This document shows positions 20,894-31,080 of a stretch of DNA of 36,828 bases, piece after piece. The notes under the pieces are model-generated. The model was not told the origin of the DNA. It saw only the letters and a list, made by a program, of their open reading frames with translations, and searched no databases. The translations under genes were made by a program, and so were the position numbers. The stretch comes from Thraustochytrium aureum (Eukaryota), in contig BLSG01000203.1 of NCBI GenBank assembly GCA_012862495.1, positions 1 to 36,828 of the forward strand, read 5' to 3'. The stretch's first letter is position 1. Each line of letters starts with the position of its first letter.

Positions 20894-22189
20894 AAAGCCA
20901 CTAGAGTAGGAGAGTCGGATAAACCGCGCACCGCTGCGCCGAGGCGCGTCGATTTCGATCGAGGCGAGCCGAGTTGGCTTGCAGGTGCCCCTGTCTCTGC
21001 GTTTGCGCCGAGGTTGGGGATGGCGGCAAGCCCCAAAACCTTCCCCTTGCTCATATGCTCATCCCGCCTTGAGGACCGCGCACGTTGCGTCGAAGCGCAG
21101 CGAGATTGCGAAACCCTTTCTCGTTACTGAGCCAGACAGTACACTGAGCAGCCTGCTGGGTAGAGTAGCCTGCAGCTCGGCCTGCTCTGTGTCCGGCTGC
21201 ATTATACAAAACAAAAGACCTCCAGAGCGCAGGCTTTCAACTGCCCTTTTCACCAGCGAAACACGGCAAGCGCCAGGACATCGTTCTGCGCATCAACATA
21301 CTCGGCTGGGCTGCCTATCAATGCTGCGCGAGTCGGCTCGCCGAGGCTGCGAGCGTCGTGGCCCTGTCGCCCGGGGACCCCGTCTCACAAATAAAAGAGT
21401 CGTTCAACGCAACGGACACGAGCTTGGTGATCGGTTCGGCTGCGTCTTGGACGTCTCTGTAGCTGCCGATTCGGCGATCTCAGACCGGGGCTGACGGCGT
21501 TGGGCGACTGGCTGATGACACCAACAGCGCCGCCTGTAGTTGCGTTTCTCCTGCGCCTGGTCTGGCGATGGCCACGGGTTTCGCGCGGCTCACGCAGTCG
21601 GCTTGCTTGCACAACGGCTAGTAGACGCTTTTGACTCTACGAGAGCTAGCTCTATAGAGTTCCAGCGGTCCAGAGCCACATGAACAGAATCGAGGTCTTG
21701 CTATCTGGCAGAGGGGCGGACGGCGCGGCGGCCTCGTTCGTCGCTGGCCGCCGCGTGCCTCGTGCTCGGAGGATTTTCCTACCCGGTTCGAACGAATCCA
21801 AAGGCAAGCGCTCCGCCGGCGCCCAGCCGCAGTGCATGGAACTCTCTCCCTCGTTGCCTCTCGAGAGCTTGCCCTGTGTATCCGTTTGGACAACGTGAAT
21901 GCATGAACGGCTTTGGGGGGGGCAGCTGCTCGGCGCCACCTAGATGCAGCTAGTTGCATGGCGCCAGGCCGCCTTCCTGGCATTGCCCAATCTCCAGTCG
22001 GCAAACCCACGCACGAGTCCTGCGCAGACCCAAGCGCGACGCTCGGCAAAGGTGTCGGGAAAGCGGCGGGCTGTGCACGGGTCGGGTCGAGGCAAGGAGG
22101 GCCGAGTTGCTATCAGAACAGGAGACTTGGCTTTGCGCTGGCGTAATCGCAAATCACCAAAGAAGGCCGCAGAGCAGGCAACAACCACT

Positions 22190-25058
22190 ATGCCGTTCGG
22201 CACCAGATGGCGGCTTGCGATGGAGAATGGGCTCTTTGCTTACGGCATGGCCCTGAGTAGGTTCCCGATCGTCATTGTCACTTCCCTGGTGGTGCTCCAG
22301 TCCGGCGTGGTCGCCATCTGGCTCAACTCTGGTCTTGGTGTGCCAATGGAAACTCGCGTTGGCAAACTTTGGGTCGAGTCTGGCGGACGGCTGGAAGAGG
22401 AGCTGGACTACATCAACAAAACCAAGACCGAGGGGTGGAACAAGGGATTCAACTTTCTCCTGTTCCAGCCCAAGGCCGAGGTGGTGGACAAAGCAACGGG
22501 CGTGCTGACCGAGGGCATGCTGCAGGACCACCTGACTGTGTTCGAGAAGCTGCTAAGGCTTGAGGTGGTTCTCGACAAGGGGGAGCGCAAATTTAACTTC
22601 TCCTACAACGGGGCGAGATGGGACGAGGAGGACAGCAAGTTCAACACCGACGTGTACAACCTGTGCGACTATGTCCCTTTCCCTGCGGATATCGTTCCTG
22701 CGGCGTACGCCTCTGTGACCCGGAGCCAAACGCCATGCAACCGCGTCACGGTGCTGGACTGCTTCAAGGAGGGGGAAGTGGATTTCATCCTAAAATCTAT
22801 GCTCGGACCCCTCCAAGCCTTCAATCGGGCCTTGATCGTTGACGCGTACGGGATTCTGGGGTATGATAATTTGCCCACTTTCAAAGGCAAGACGCCACAG
22901 GAGATTTTGGAGATTGCCAAGTCGGGCTGCCGCGGTTGGGTCCGAAACCTCATGATATGGGAGGTGACCACCCTGTTCGGCGGGATTCCTATTGAAGAAA
23001 CCGCTGGCAACATCACTGAGCTCTCCAGTTTTCAGATGGCGATGCCAATGGCCAGCAGCAAAATGCTGGCTCGCAAGTTTGCGGCCGACAACATCACCGA
23101 GTCGGAAATCGACGACCTCCAGAAACGATTCGCAATCGCCCTCGAAGAGCTTGTTCAGTCAATGAACGACAGCGGGGAGCTCCAGCACGCTCGAGTCGAG
23201 GTGCTGTCGAACGGTGCATTCGACCGGATGCTCACCGAGTTTTCGGCAGGGAATGCGGTGCTTGTCTTGGTTGGCTATGTTCTGATGGCCTCCTTCGTGG
23301 TGGCTTCACAGTTTAGCTTCCAGAGAGCGGGCAACACAGTTCTCGCTGGACTTGCCGGACTTGGACTGGTTTTCTTGGGCAATATTTTTGGGCTCTCGCT
23401 GTTGGTCCTCTCGGGGACGAAACTGAACGCGACGGTGCTGCAGGTTCTGCCCTTTTTGGCGCTGGGGCTGGGCGTCGACGACCTTTTTGTCCTCTTGAGC
23501 GTTTATAAAGAGACGATCAGGACTCACCCTTCGTTCCACACAGTGACGTGCGTCGGTTGGGTCTTGCGCCAGGGCGGGATTAGCGTGACGCTAACATCGG
23601 CGTGCAACGCCTCGGCGTTCCTGATCGGATCGGTGATTCCACTTCCCGCTGTGCAAGTGTTCTGTGTTGCCTCTTTTTGCGGCCGTTGTGATCAACTACA
23701 TAACGCTCATGGTTGGTGTTCCTTGCCTCTTGGCTATCAAGCACCGGGGCGGGGCCTTCACCAAGGTCGCAGTGGCAGTGGTTGATGTGAAAGGCAAGGT
23801 TGAAGTCGCGGTGCCACTCCAAAACGCGTTTGTCAGCGCCAAGGGCGGCTTTCTTCACGGTTTCTACATTCCCTTTATACAGCGTATGCCTGTCCGCGTT
23901 TGCGGTGTGATCGGCTTCCTGGTGATGACTTTCCTAGGGGCTGCCCTCTCGACAATGGTGGAAGACGGCCTTGAAATTGTCGATGTGGTGCCAAAGACAA
24001 GCCCCATCTACCGTGCGATGGAGATATTGCTGGGCGACTTTCGGCTGAGTCCAGCGCAGGTCGTCTTCGGTGCGCTCGACTACGGTGACCCCAAAGTGCA
24101 GGAGGGGATCATCAATCTCATGTCGGAGATGGGTAGCGACCCAGAGATGTCGTTTGTGCGCGATGCCGACGCCAACTGGCTGCAGCTTGTCTTGAAGAAG
24201 TTTAGCGACAGGCCTGACGGGTACCTCGATGCGACAAGTGGCCCGCCCTTTCGTGAGTACTTGTCGAACTTTACTCACCCCGACCGCGCCACCTACTTGG
24301 ACGCGTACACGGAGGACATGCTTCAATTCGGGTACAACAGCGCCGGGGACCTCGTCTACAGCACCTGTTCATTCAATATTGTCGGCCAGGACACGACAGA
24401 AAAGATGCTGGGCGCGCTTGAAAAGACGCGCAACTACCTCGCCGAGAGGTGCGGCAAAGGCAAGGTTATTGAGCACTGCTTCCCGGCGGGGTCGATTTTC
24501 ACCTTTTGGGAGCAGTACGTCAACCTCCGCACAAACTTCTTCACGGCGTTGCTGTACTGCGAAATCGCCATCCTGATCTGCTGTCTGCTTTTGCTGATGA
24601 ACCTGACGATCGCCCTGTTCGTGTCGCTGTTCAGCTTTGCGGTCGTGATGCAGATTTACGGCGCGTTGTTTGTCATGGGGGTCAAGTTTAGCGCGATTCC
24701 TGCCGTCTCGCTCATCATGAGCATTGGGATTGCGGTCGAGTTTACCGCGCACTTGTGCACCCACTTCGAGAGCGCACTCGGTTCGCGGGTGGCGCGGGCC
24801 AGCGAAGCCCTCCACCATATGTTTGTCCCGATCTCGGAGGGCGGCTTTTCCAGCTTTTTGGGCTTCGTGTGTCTCGCGTTCTCGCCTTTTGCGTTTGTCC
24901 GGATCTACTACTTTGGCATCTACTTTCTGGTGGTGATATTGGGCCTGTTGAATGGGTTGTTCTTCCTGCCGTGCCTCTTGAGCTTCCTCGGGCCCGTGAA
25001 ACAATCCCTCTCGACCGAGCTGCAGCGGCAGCGTCGCAACAGCGCGCACGGTTTGTAG
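22190..25058 (+). CDS. PTCH: Patched-family sterol-sensing RND membrane protein, about 955 aa after removing one T at 23674-23678
   Basis: ETRVGKLWVESGGRLEEELDY, PCNRVTVLDCFKEG, GCRGWVRNLMIWEVTTLFGG, SSD QVLPFLALGLGVDDLFVL, DGLEIVDVVP, FTFWEQYVNLR, SIGIAVEFTAH, LGLLNGLFFLPCLLSFLGP. These are colinear with animal Patched motifs as recalled. Two ORFs are joined by a single frameshift. Confidence 0.88.
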
Positions 25059-26042
25059 GCGGCGCGAAGCATCGTGTTTGCCAGGCCTTCAGGTTCGCCA
25101 AACCCGCAGCAGTGAAGTGAAACCCTTTCTGAAGCCAGTAGTTTTGCTCTCGTCTCCGATAGATACCCCGGACCTTGACTTGCGTTTTTCGCAGGTTTCG
25201 TCTGCCGCGACGTACCTACTACCTCGGCGAGCTTCGGCTCAGCGATTTCGACCTTGGAGCAGCTGGGTACTTGCTCATCGCTCTGCCAGCCGCCCAGCGG
25301 GTTCGATACCTCGTCCGCCCGTTCTTGACTCGCGAGGGCTGCTTGGCTATTGCTTTGCTGGTTGCAAGGCCTTCGTGCATTGATCTAAAAAACCTGACTT
25401 GTTCGTGCTGCTGCTGCCTCGCGTTGCGCCCCAAGTCCTCAAAAGCACTCTGCTCTACTAGTACCGGTAGTGGTGAGGTTTGCACCGACCAGCAAGCAGC
25501 AACACCGCGCAAAAGCCGGGAGCCCGGGAGCTTGCCTCGGACCAACAAGATTCATGACGTGGGGAACAGGGCCTGCACGAGCAAGTTTCGGGCCGGGGCT
25601 ACACACGTGTGCCGGCCTTGAGAGTTTGGTCAGACGCCTGCCAAGTCCAGTTTGCTGCTCGCACGAGCCCGTCCCACGCCAGCCTCGGAGCTCTCCGCGA
25701 TCATCATCGATACTAGTACCTCCATCCCATCCATCCATCCATCTTCGCCGAGCAGGCGATCGCGTGCGATCAGTACGTTGGCAAGAACGCGATAAAACGG
25801 ACCAAAATAGGTCTGCAGGGCAGTATTTGGGCATGTGTTCTCTTCAATGGCCGAAAGAGCCATAACAATGCACAGCGCAGGTATCCACTGATGATTTGTG
25901 TCAGAGTGTGCGTTTTACTTCCAGCACGCCACTGCCAGTGCCTGCTCGGCATCATCATGATCACAGACTCGCAACCTCGCAGAGCATCCAGGCCAGCCTC
26001 CTCGAGCCAGTTGTCAGGCAGTAGCGCTTTCGGCAAGGCAGC

Positions 26043-26771
26043 ATGCGCGCGGTGGTCGGTCTTGCGGTGCTCGCCACGGCAGCAGTGGTGCAGGTCGCTG
26101 CGCAACCTCCTCCAGGGTACACGTGCGAGGCCAGCTGGTGGGGTGACGGCCTGTGCGACTGCGGTTGCGGCGTGTATGAGCCAGAGTGCGCGAACGGGGC
26201 GAAGCAGGTGGACACGTGCAACGGGGCCGACGCCGCGGGATTGCCAGCCCAGACCTGCAATGCCCTCACCAACACCTGCACGCTTTCTAATCCTTCGAGT
26301 CCGGGCGCTGGTTGGTATTGCTCGAACTCTGACTATGGCGACGGAATCTGCGATTGCTTTTGCGGAGCTGAGGACATAGACTGTGCGGTTGATGAGTGCC
26401 TCAACTGCATTGACGGCAAATGTTTCACAGATGCCGTCGAAGGGGTCGTCACAGGTGTGGTCGTTGGACTTGCAGTCGGCGGCGCCCTCCTCCTCGGCAC
26501 AATAATCCTCTGCATCTACTGCATCTGTATTCGTGAGCAAACGCCCGGGCCGAACGCGTGGCAGCCGCAACCCAACAACACTGCGTCGTCGATGACCCCG
26601 GGTGTTGTGTATGCCAATACTGGAGCCCCGAACGCGTACGGGCAGACGACGATTGCGCCTGGAAATCTTGCACCTCAGTTTCAGATGCAGCAGCCGAGAG
26701 TGCAGATGGCCCAGCACGAGCCCATCGTGGTTGTGCCCGTCGCCCAGTATGTCAGCGACTCTGGCAAGTGA
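26043..26771 (+). CDS. Type I single-pass membrane protein with two Cys-rich GDGxCDCxCG repeats and a Pro/Gln-rich tail
   Basis: Signal peptide MRAVVGLAVLATAAVVQVAA; repeats YTCEASWWGDGLCDCGCGVYEPEC and WYCSNSDYGDGICDCFCGAEDIDC; TM VVTGVVVGLAVGGALLLGTIILCIYCICI. Confidence 0.85.
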   Translation: MRAVVGLAVLATAAVVQVAAQPPPGYTCEASWWGDGLCDCGCGVYEPECANGAKQVDTCNGADAAGLPAQTCNALTNTCTLSNPSSPGAGWYCSNSDYGDGICDCFCGAEDIDCAVDECLNCIDGKCFTDAVEGVVTGVVVGLAVGGALLLGTIILCIYCICIREQTPGPNAWQPQPNNTASSMTPGVVYANTGAPNAYGQTTIAPGNLAPQFQMQQPRVQMAQHEPIVVVPVAQYVSDSGK

Positions 26772-28943
26772 TACAAAAGTTGCTTGACCCCGCGTCTGGC
26801 GCGGCACCGACCACTACACGCAGCGTCGTTTGACTCTGGTCGTTTGACTCTGGCCATGGTGCACGGGTCTGACTTGAGAGAAGGAACGATGCTCGTGTCC
26901 GGGCAGGGCTGAGATGTTGATGCAGAAATTTGCAAAAAAATGCGTTTTGGCAAATCTGTTTTCCATCCGCAGCTGCTCTTGATCAACGGCGCCTCGATAA
27001 CGATGCGAACACCCGCCAAGCAGCTGGCAGAATTTAAAAATAGTACTCGCTATCTGTCATCGCGACGAAGATTTCTCTGGTTCTGGTGAGTCTCGCTCTA
27101 CGCACCAGCACGTCTACTAACCTCTTAGTTAGGGCCAAACGAGTGGACACCGCCGTGTCGTTGCACAAGGCTCGAGATCGACCAAGCACCACTTCCGTCG
27201 AGGCGTGGCTCTCCCGTTTTCTCAAGCTGCGCCAAGCGCCTTCAGAGCGATTGTCTACCCTTGAGCCTGCCGGTTCCGGTGCTCTCGGCCCATCAAGGTG
27301 GTCCTGCCCAACCTAATACGGTTCGGCAGCGCAATGTTGCTGCGCGCTCCGTCCGTCCGCAATTGCGCGCGCTTCGGTCCACCTCGCTCCAGTTTCGCTC
27401 AGCGTTGGAGCCAGCTTGCAGTGGCGATCCCGGAAGCAGGCAGTTGGTTACTTGGGCAACTCACTGCACACCTTGCTTGACCCTCTCCCCCCCCCAACCA
27501 CCGACCCTCGAGGTGAAGCGCCGTCAAGCAGTGCGAAATAGGCGCGTTCGTTCCGCCCAGTCCTCGACTCTGACGTGGTTCAACTCCCGGCTGGCACCAT
27601 GTGCAGCGATTTGGCGAGCGAGCCTGCGTTTGGCCAACCCAACTCGCGCAACTGTCTGTTCCGCGAGCAAGTTACAGATGGTCCATCGCAGTGCAGCGGA
27701 CACCTCACTCAAGAGCTACCTAGCTCGCTCGAATACTGAGGAGGGCGCCGGCGATGCCCTACACCGCACAGTATCACGACCACCGTTCACTGACCAGCCC
27801 GCAGTCCGCCGCGGCGCAAGCACACCCCTGACAACGCCCCCATCGCTCAATCCGGGGGTCCATCGCCGCTCGAGCGCAAGCTCCAAAGCCAAAGCACTCA
27901 CCTACCTTCCCTCCTCGAGAGCGCCCACAGATCTGCCGCCCGTCGTGTCGCCAAGGCTCGGCCGTCGTCGAGCCAGGTCGATGCGCTTCCGACCATGTGG
28001 CACGGGCCATCCGTCCATCATCATCCTCCAGCTAGCTAGCGAGCCAGCCAACAACCAAACAAACAAAGCAGTCGAAACAAACCACCGACCATGATCCATC
28101 CCACTCCGCGCCGCTCACGTGCCTACCCTTCTGCCCACCCGCCGCATCGAGCGAGTCAACTCGGCGTCCGTCAAAGGAAAGCAATCAATCAAATCAAATC
28201 TCGTCGAGGCGTCAACGAGAGCAGGCAAAAGGCGGTCCATCCTCGCACTTTTTAAACGGCTCTATGGGGAACAAACGAACACAAAGTGTCCCCAGGAGGC
28301 CAACGGATCTGTGGCCGCAGGGGCGCGTACTGGCACAGGACCTAGCGTATTGCGATGTTTATGTTTAGTCTATACGCGAGGTCGTGTACTGGCTCGGGGC
28401 GGTGCGAAACGATTTTTGGGCGAGAAATGTGCGAGGGTTGGTGGGTTGGTCGGTCGGATGGTGCAGGGAATGTGCGAGGTCGGCTGATTTGGGGAGTTCG
28501 TGGATGCGTTTGTGGCGTGGGGCTCCGCCGCGGCGGTGGCCCTGGAGCGGTGGATGCGTCAGTCAGGTCGGCGATGGCTGGCTGGAAGAGAAGCGTTACC
28601 ACGCCGGCTGAGCTGGTTTTGCACGTGGCGTGGACGCATCACTTCGGTTTCGGCAGGACGATGGAACGGACTCCATGGATGGGGAATCGAGGATGGGTGT
28701 GGAGTTGCGGTGCCTTGCTTGCCTGGCGTGTCGGGTGGGGGCAGACGGCGTCGGACGGGGGGTCAGCAGCGCCAGGGGGCCTCATTTTAGTATAAAGTCC
28801 GCGATCGGATCGCTTGGCTCTCGTGGGTATCGTGTTGGTCAGGGATTGGCAAAGTTGTAGTGCGGTCCTTGGCCGCGCTGATGCGTGACAAACTTGCTCG
28901 CTTCGGCGCGGAGAGGTGCTCGCTATGGGCTTGTCGGGATTCA

Positions 28944-29130
28944 TTGGCCCCCTTTATCTCGCTATCTTGGCTGCACCGTGCTTTGATGGATACGACTAAC
29001 CTATGGGCCAGTTTCCCATGTCGACCCTTGGGTGAGAACGTGGACCACCATGTTGTCTACGGATAGTACCTCAGCCGATTTCGGGCCAGGCAGGCCGCAG
29101 CTCAACTTGAAGCAAACCCCAAACACCAGT
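28944..29130 (+). promoter_or_regulatory. Conserved upstream block of secreted-protein copy 1 (paralogous to 36346-36522)
   Basis: TTGGCCCCCTTTATCTCGCT (28944 and 36346) and CCATGTCGACCCTTG (29016 and 36419) are identical; AAGCAAACCCnAAACACC is shared. A regulatory role is inferred. Confidence 0.55.
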
Positions 29131-29139
29131 TCACCAGAA

Positions 29140-29153
29140 CAGCAGCAGCAACA

Positions 29154-29184
<31 letters not shown>
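29140..29184 (+). repeat. (CAG/CAA)n tract in the putative 5' UTR of copy 1
   Basis: About 15 triplets ending roughly 40 bp before ATG 29226. Confidence 0.9.
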
Positions 29185-29225
29185 GCCAAGCACTTCAAGG
29201 CAAACCCAACAAGGTACTCGTCGCG

Positions 29226-30769
29226 ATGAAGGTCTCCGCACGCATCGCGCTCGCCCTTGGCGCTATTCTCTCAGCCGCCCCAGCCAGCGCCATGGTTGAC
29301 CAGACTGACGACCAAGCCGCCATCACCCGGCGCAGCCTCGTCACTGCGGGACTGGCGATTGAGAACGCCTACATTGCCAGTGTCGTCGGCAACGCAACCG
29401 TATGCGAGGGTATTGCGAATGCAATCAGGAAATTCAAGCAGGGCAAGAACCAGCTGCGCGCCTCCGACGTCGAGAGCGTGAAGGCCATTAAGATCGTAGA
29501 GACCTGCTTCGTGCCGTTCAGCGGAGACGTCGACACGGTCCAGTATGTGGAGGATCTCACGGGCGTTGAGTTTGTTGAGCAAGACTTTGTAANNNNNNNN
29601 NNNNNNNNNNNNNNNNNNNNNNNNNNNNNNNNNNNNNNNNNNNNNNNNNNNNNNNNNNNNNNNNNNNNNNNNNNNNNNNNNNNNNNNNNNNNNNNNNNNN
29701 NNNNNNNNNNNNNNNNNNNNNNNNNNNNNNNNNNNNNNNNNNNNNNNNNNNNNNNNNNNNNNNNNNNNNNNNNNNNNNNNNNNNNNNNNNNNNNNNNNNN
29801 NNNNNNNNNNNNNNNNNNNNNNNNNNNNNNNNNNNNNNNNNNNNNNNNNNNNNNNNNNNNNNNNNNNNNNNNNNNNNNNNNNNNNNNNNNNNNNNNNNNN
29901 NNNNNNNNNNNNNNNNNNNNNNNNNNNNNNNNNNNNNNNNNNNNNNNNNNNNNNNNNNNNNNNNNNNNNNNNNNNNNNNNNNNNNNNNNNNNNNNNNNNN
30001 NNNNNNNNNNNNNNNNNNNNNNNNNNNNNNNNNNNNNNNNNNNNNNNNNNNNNNNNNNNNNNNNNNNNNNNNNNNNNNNNNNNNNNNNNNNNNNNNNNNN
30101 NNNNNNNNNNNNNNNNNNNNNNNNNNNNNNNNNNNNNNNNNNNNNNNNNNNNNNNNNNNNNNNNNNNNNNCGTCCTACTATGGCAGCGACAAGGTCAGCA
30201 TTCCCTCGATGATGATCTCGCTTGCCGGGGCCAACGCGTTCAAGAAGAAGGAGGACAAGCTCTGCACGATCGGCAGCAAGTCAGTCACGGCCAAGCCAAC
30301 CTCGCCCACGAAGCAGCCCTCGCCGACCCCGAAGCCCACGAGCTTTCCGAGCGTGGCCCCAACCGATCGCCCGACAGTGCCGTGCTCGACGATCAGGAAG
30401 AAGAAGGACTGCGAAAAGCGCCCGGACTGCGTGTACGGCTCGTTGGGCACCAGGAAGCTGCAGTGCTTTGATCCTCTGACGACGCCGACGCCCAAGCCGA
30501 CCTTGCCCCCGACGCTCTACACCCCGAGCTGCAAGCGCCTGCCCTACGCGGAGGCCGAGTCCTTCTGTGAAAAGGAGGGCAAGCGTATCTGCACGCTGCC
30601 CGAGCTCGAGAAGGCTGGCAACACGCCCGAGTGCGACTTTGATGACGAGCCAGTGTGGAGCTCGGCCACGTGCTCGCGCAAGCTCTCGCAGCGCACGTTT
30701 ACCAAGTCAAACAAGCGAAAGGGTTGCGTCAAGCCCGACACTGTCGTCGCGGTTCGTTGCTGCGCCTGA
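29226..30769 (+). CDS. Secreted modular protein copy 1, probable subtilase: signal, I9-like propeptide, gap, end of PA domain, PT linker, one Cys module, C-terminal Cys-rich domain
   Basis: Signal MKVSARIALALGAILSAAPASA; ENAYIASV...LTGVEFVEQDF resembles a peptidase inhibitor I9 propeptide; after the gap VSIPSMMIS (PA end) and YAEAESFCEKEGKRICTLPEL..CDFDDEPVWSS..VRCCA. No catalytic residues are visible. Confidence 0.7.
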
Positions 30770-31002
30770 GCCTAAGTCTCGTGCAGCACTATCAGTTCAG
30801 CTCAAGTAGTTTCGAGCCGATCTGCGCAGCCGCTGACTGCTAGACCGAAACACACGGCGACGCCCAGCCCACAATACCACCATAGCCAGACAGTTTCTGT
30901 CGGCCTGGTCGGCGCCGTGTACTATCACGAGGTTGTCCCTCGTTGACCATGAAATACCGCAGAGGCATTGTAATAACTCGAACCAATTAGCGTTTCAATT
31001 GA

Positions 31003-31080
31003 AAGCTCGCGTTTGGACCAAGTGGGACAAGGAAGATGGATTCCAAGCCCGCGTTTGGACCGAGTGGAACTAGATGGATT
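31003..31080 (+). repeat. Two-copy imperfect direct repeat with a 42-bp period
   Basis: AAGCTCGCGTTTGGACCAAGTGGGACAAGGAAGATGGATT (31003) versus AAGCCCGCGTTTGGACCGAGTGGAACTAGATGGATT (31045). Confidence 0.8.

Noticed and set aside
21944..22189. ORF-track N-terminal extension of the Patched gene
   Set aside because: Looks like UTR; similarity to the family begins after ATG 22190.
23674..23678. Programmed ribosomal frameshift in the Patched gene
   Set aside because: No canonical slippery heptamer or evident downstream structure; other homopolymer-linked frame breaks in the window point to assembly error.
22190..25058. NPC1 or Dispatched assignment
   Set aside because: No signal peptide or Cys-rich NPC1 N-terminal domain, and the luminal motifs match Patched.
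26922..26959. Imperfect hairpin cagaaatttgcaaaa...ttttggcaaatctg
   Set aside because: Short, mismatched and AT-run driven; no evidence for an RNA gene or element end.
26800..28900. ORFs in the long intergenic region, e.g. 27261-28094
   Set aside because: Non-ATG starts, R/S/P/A-rich composition, no motifs; part of the region is duplicated upstream sequence.
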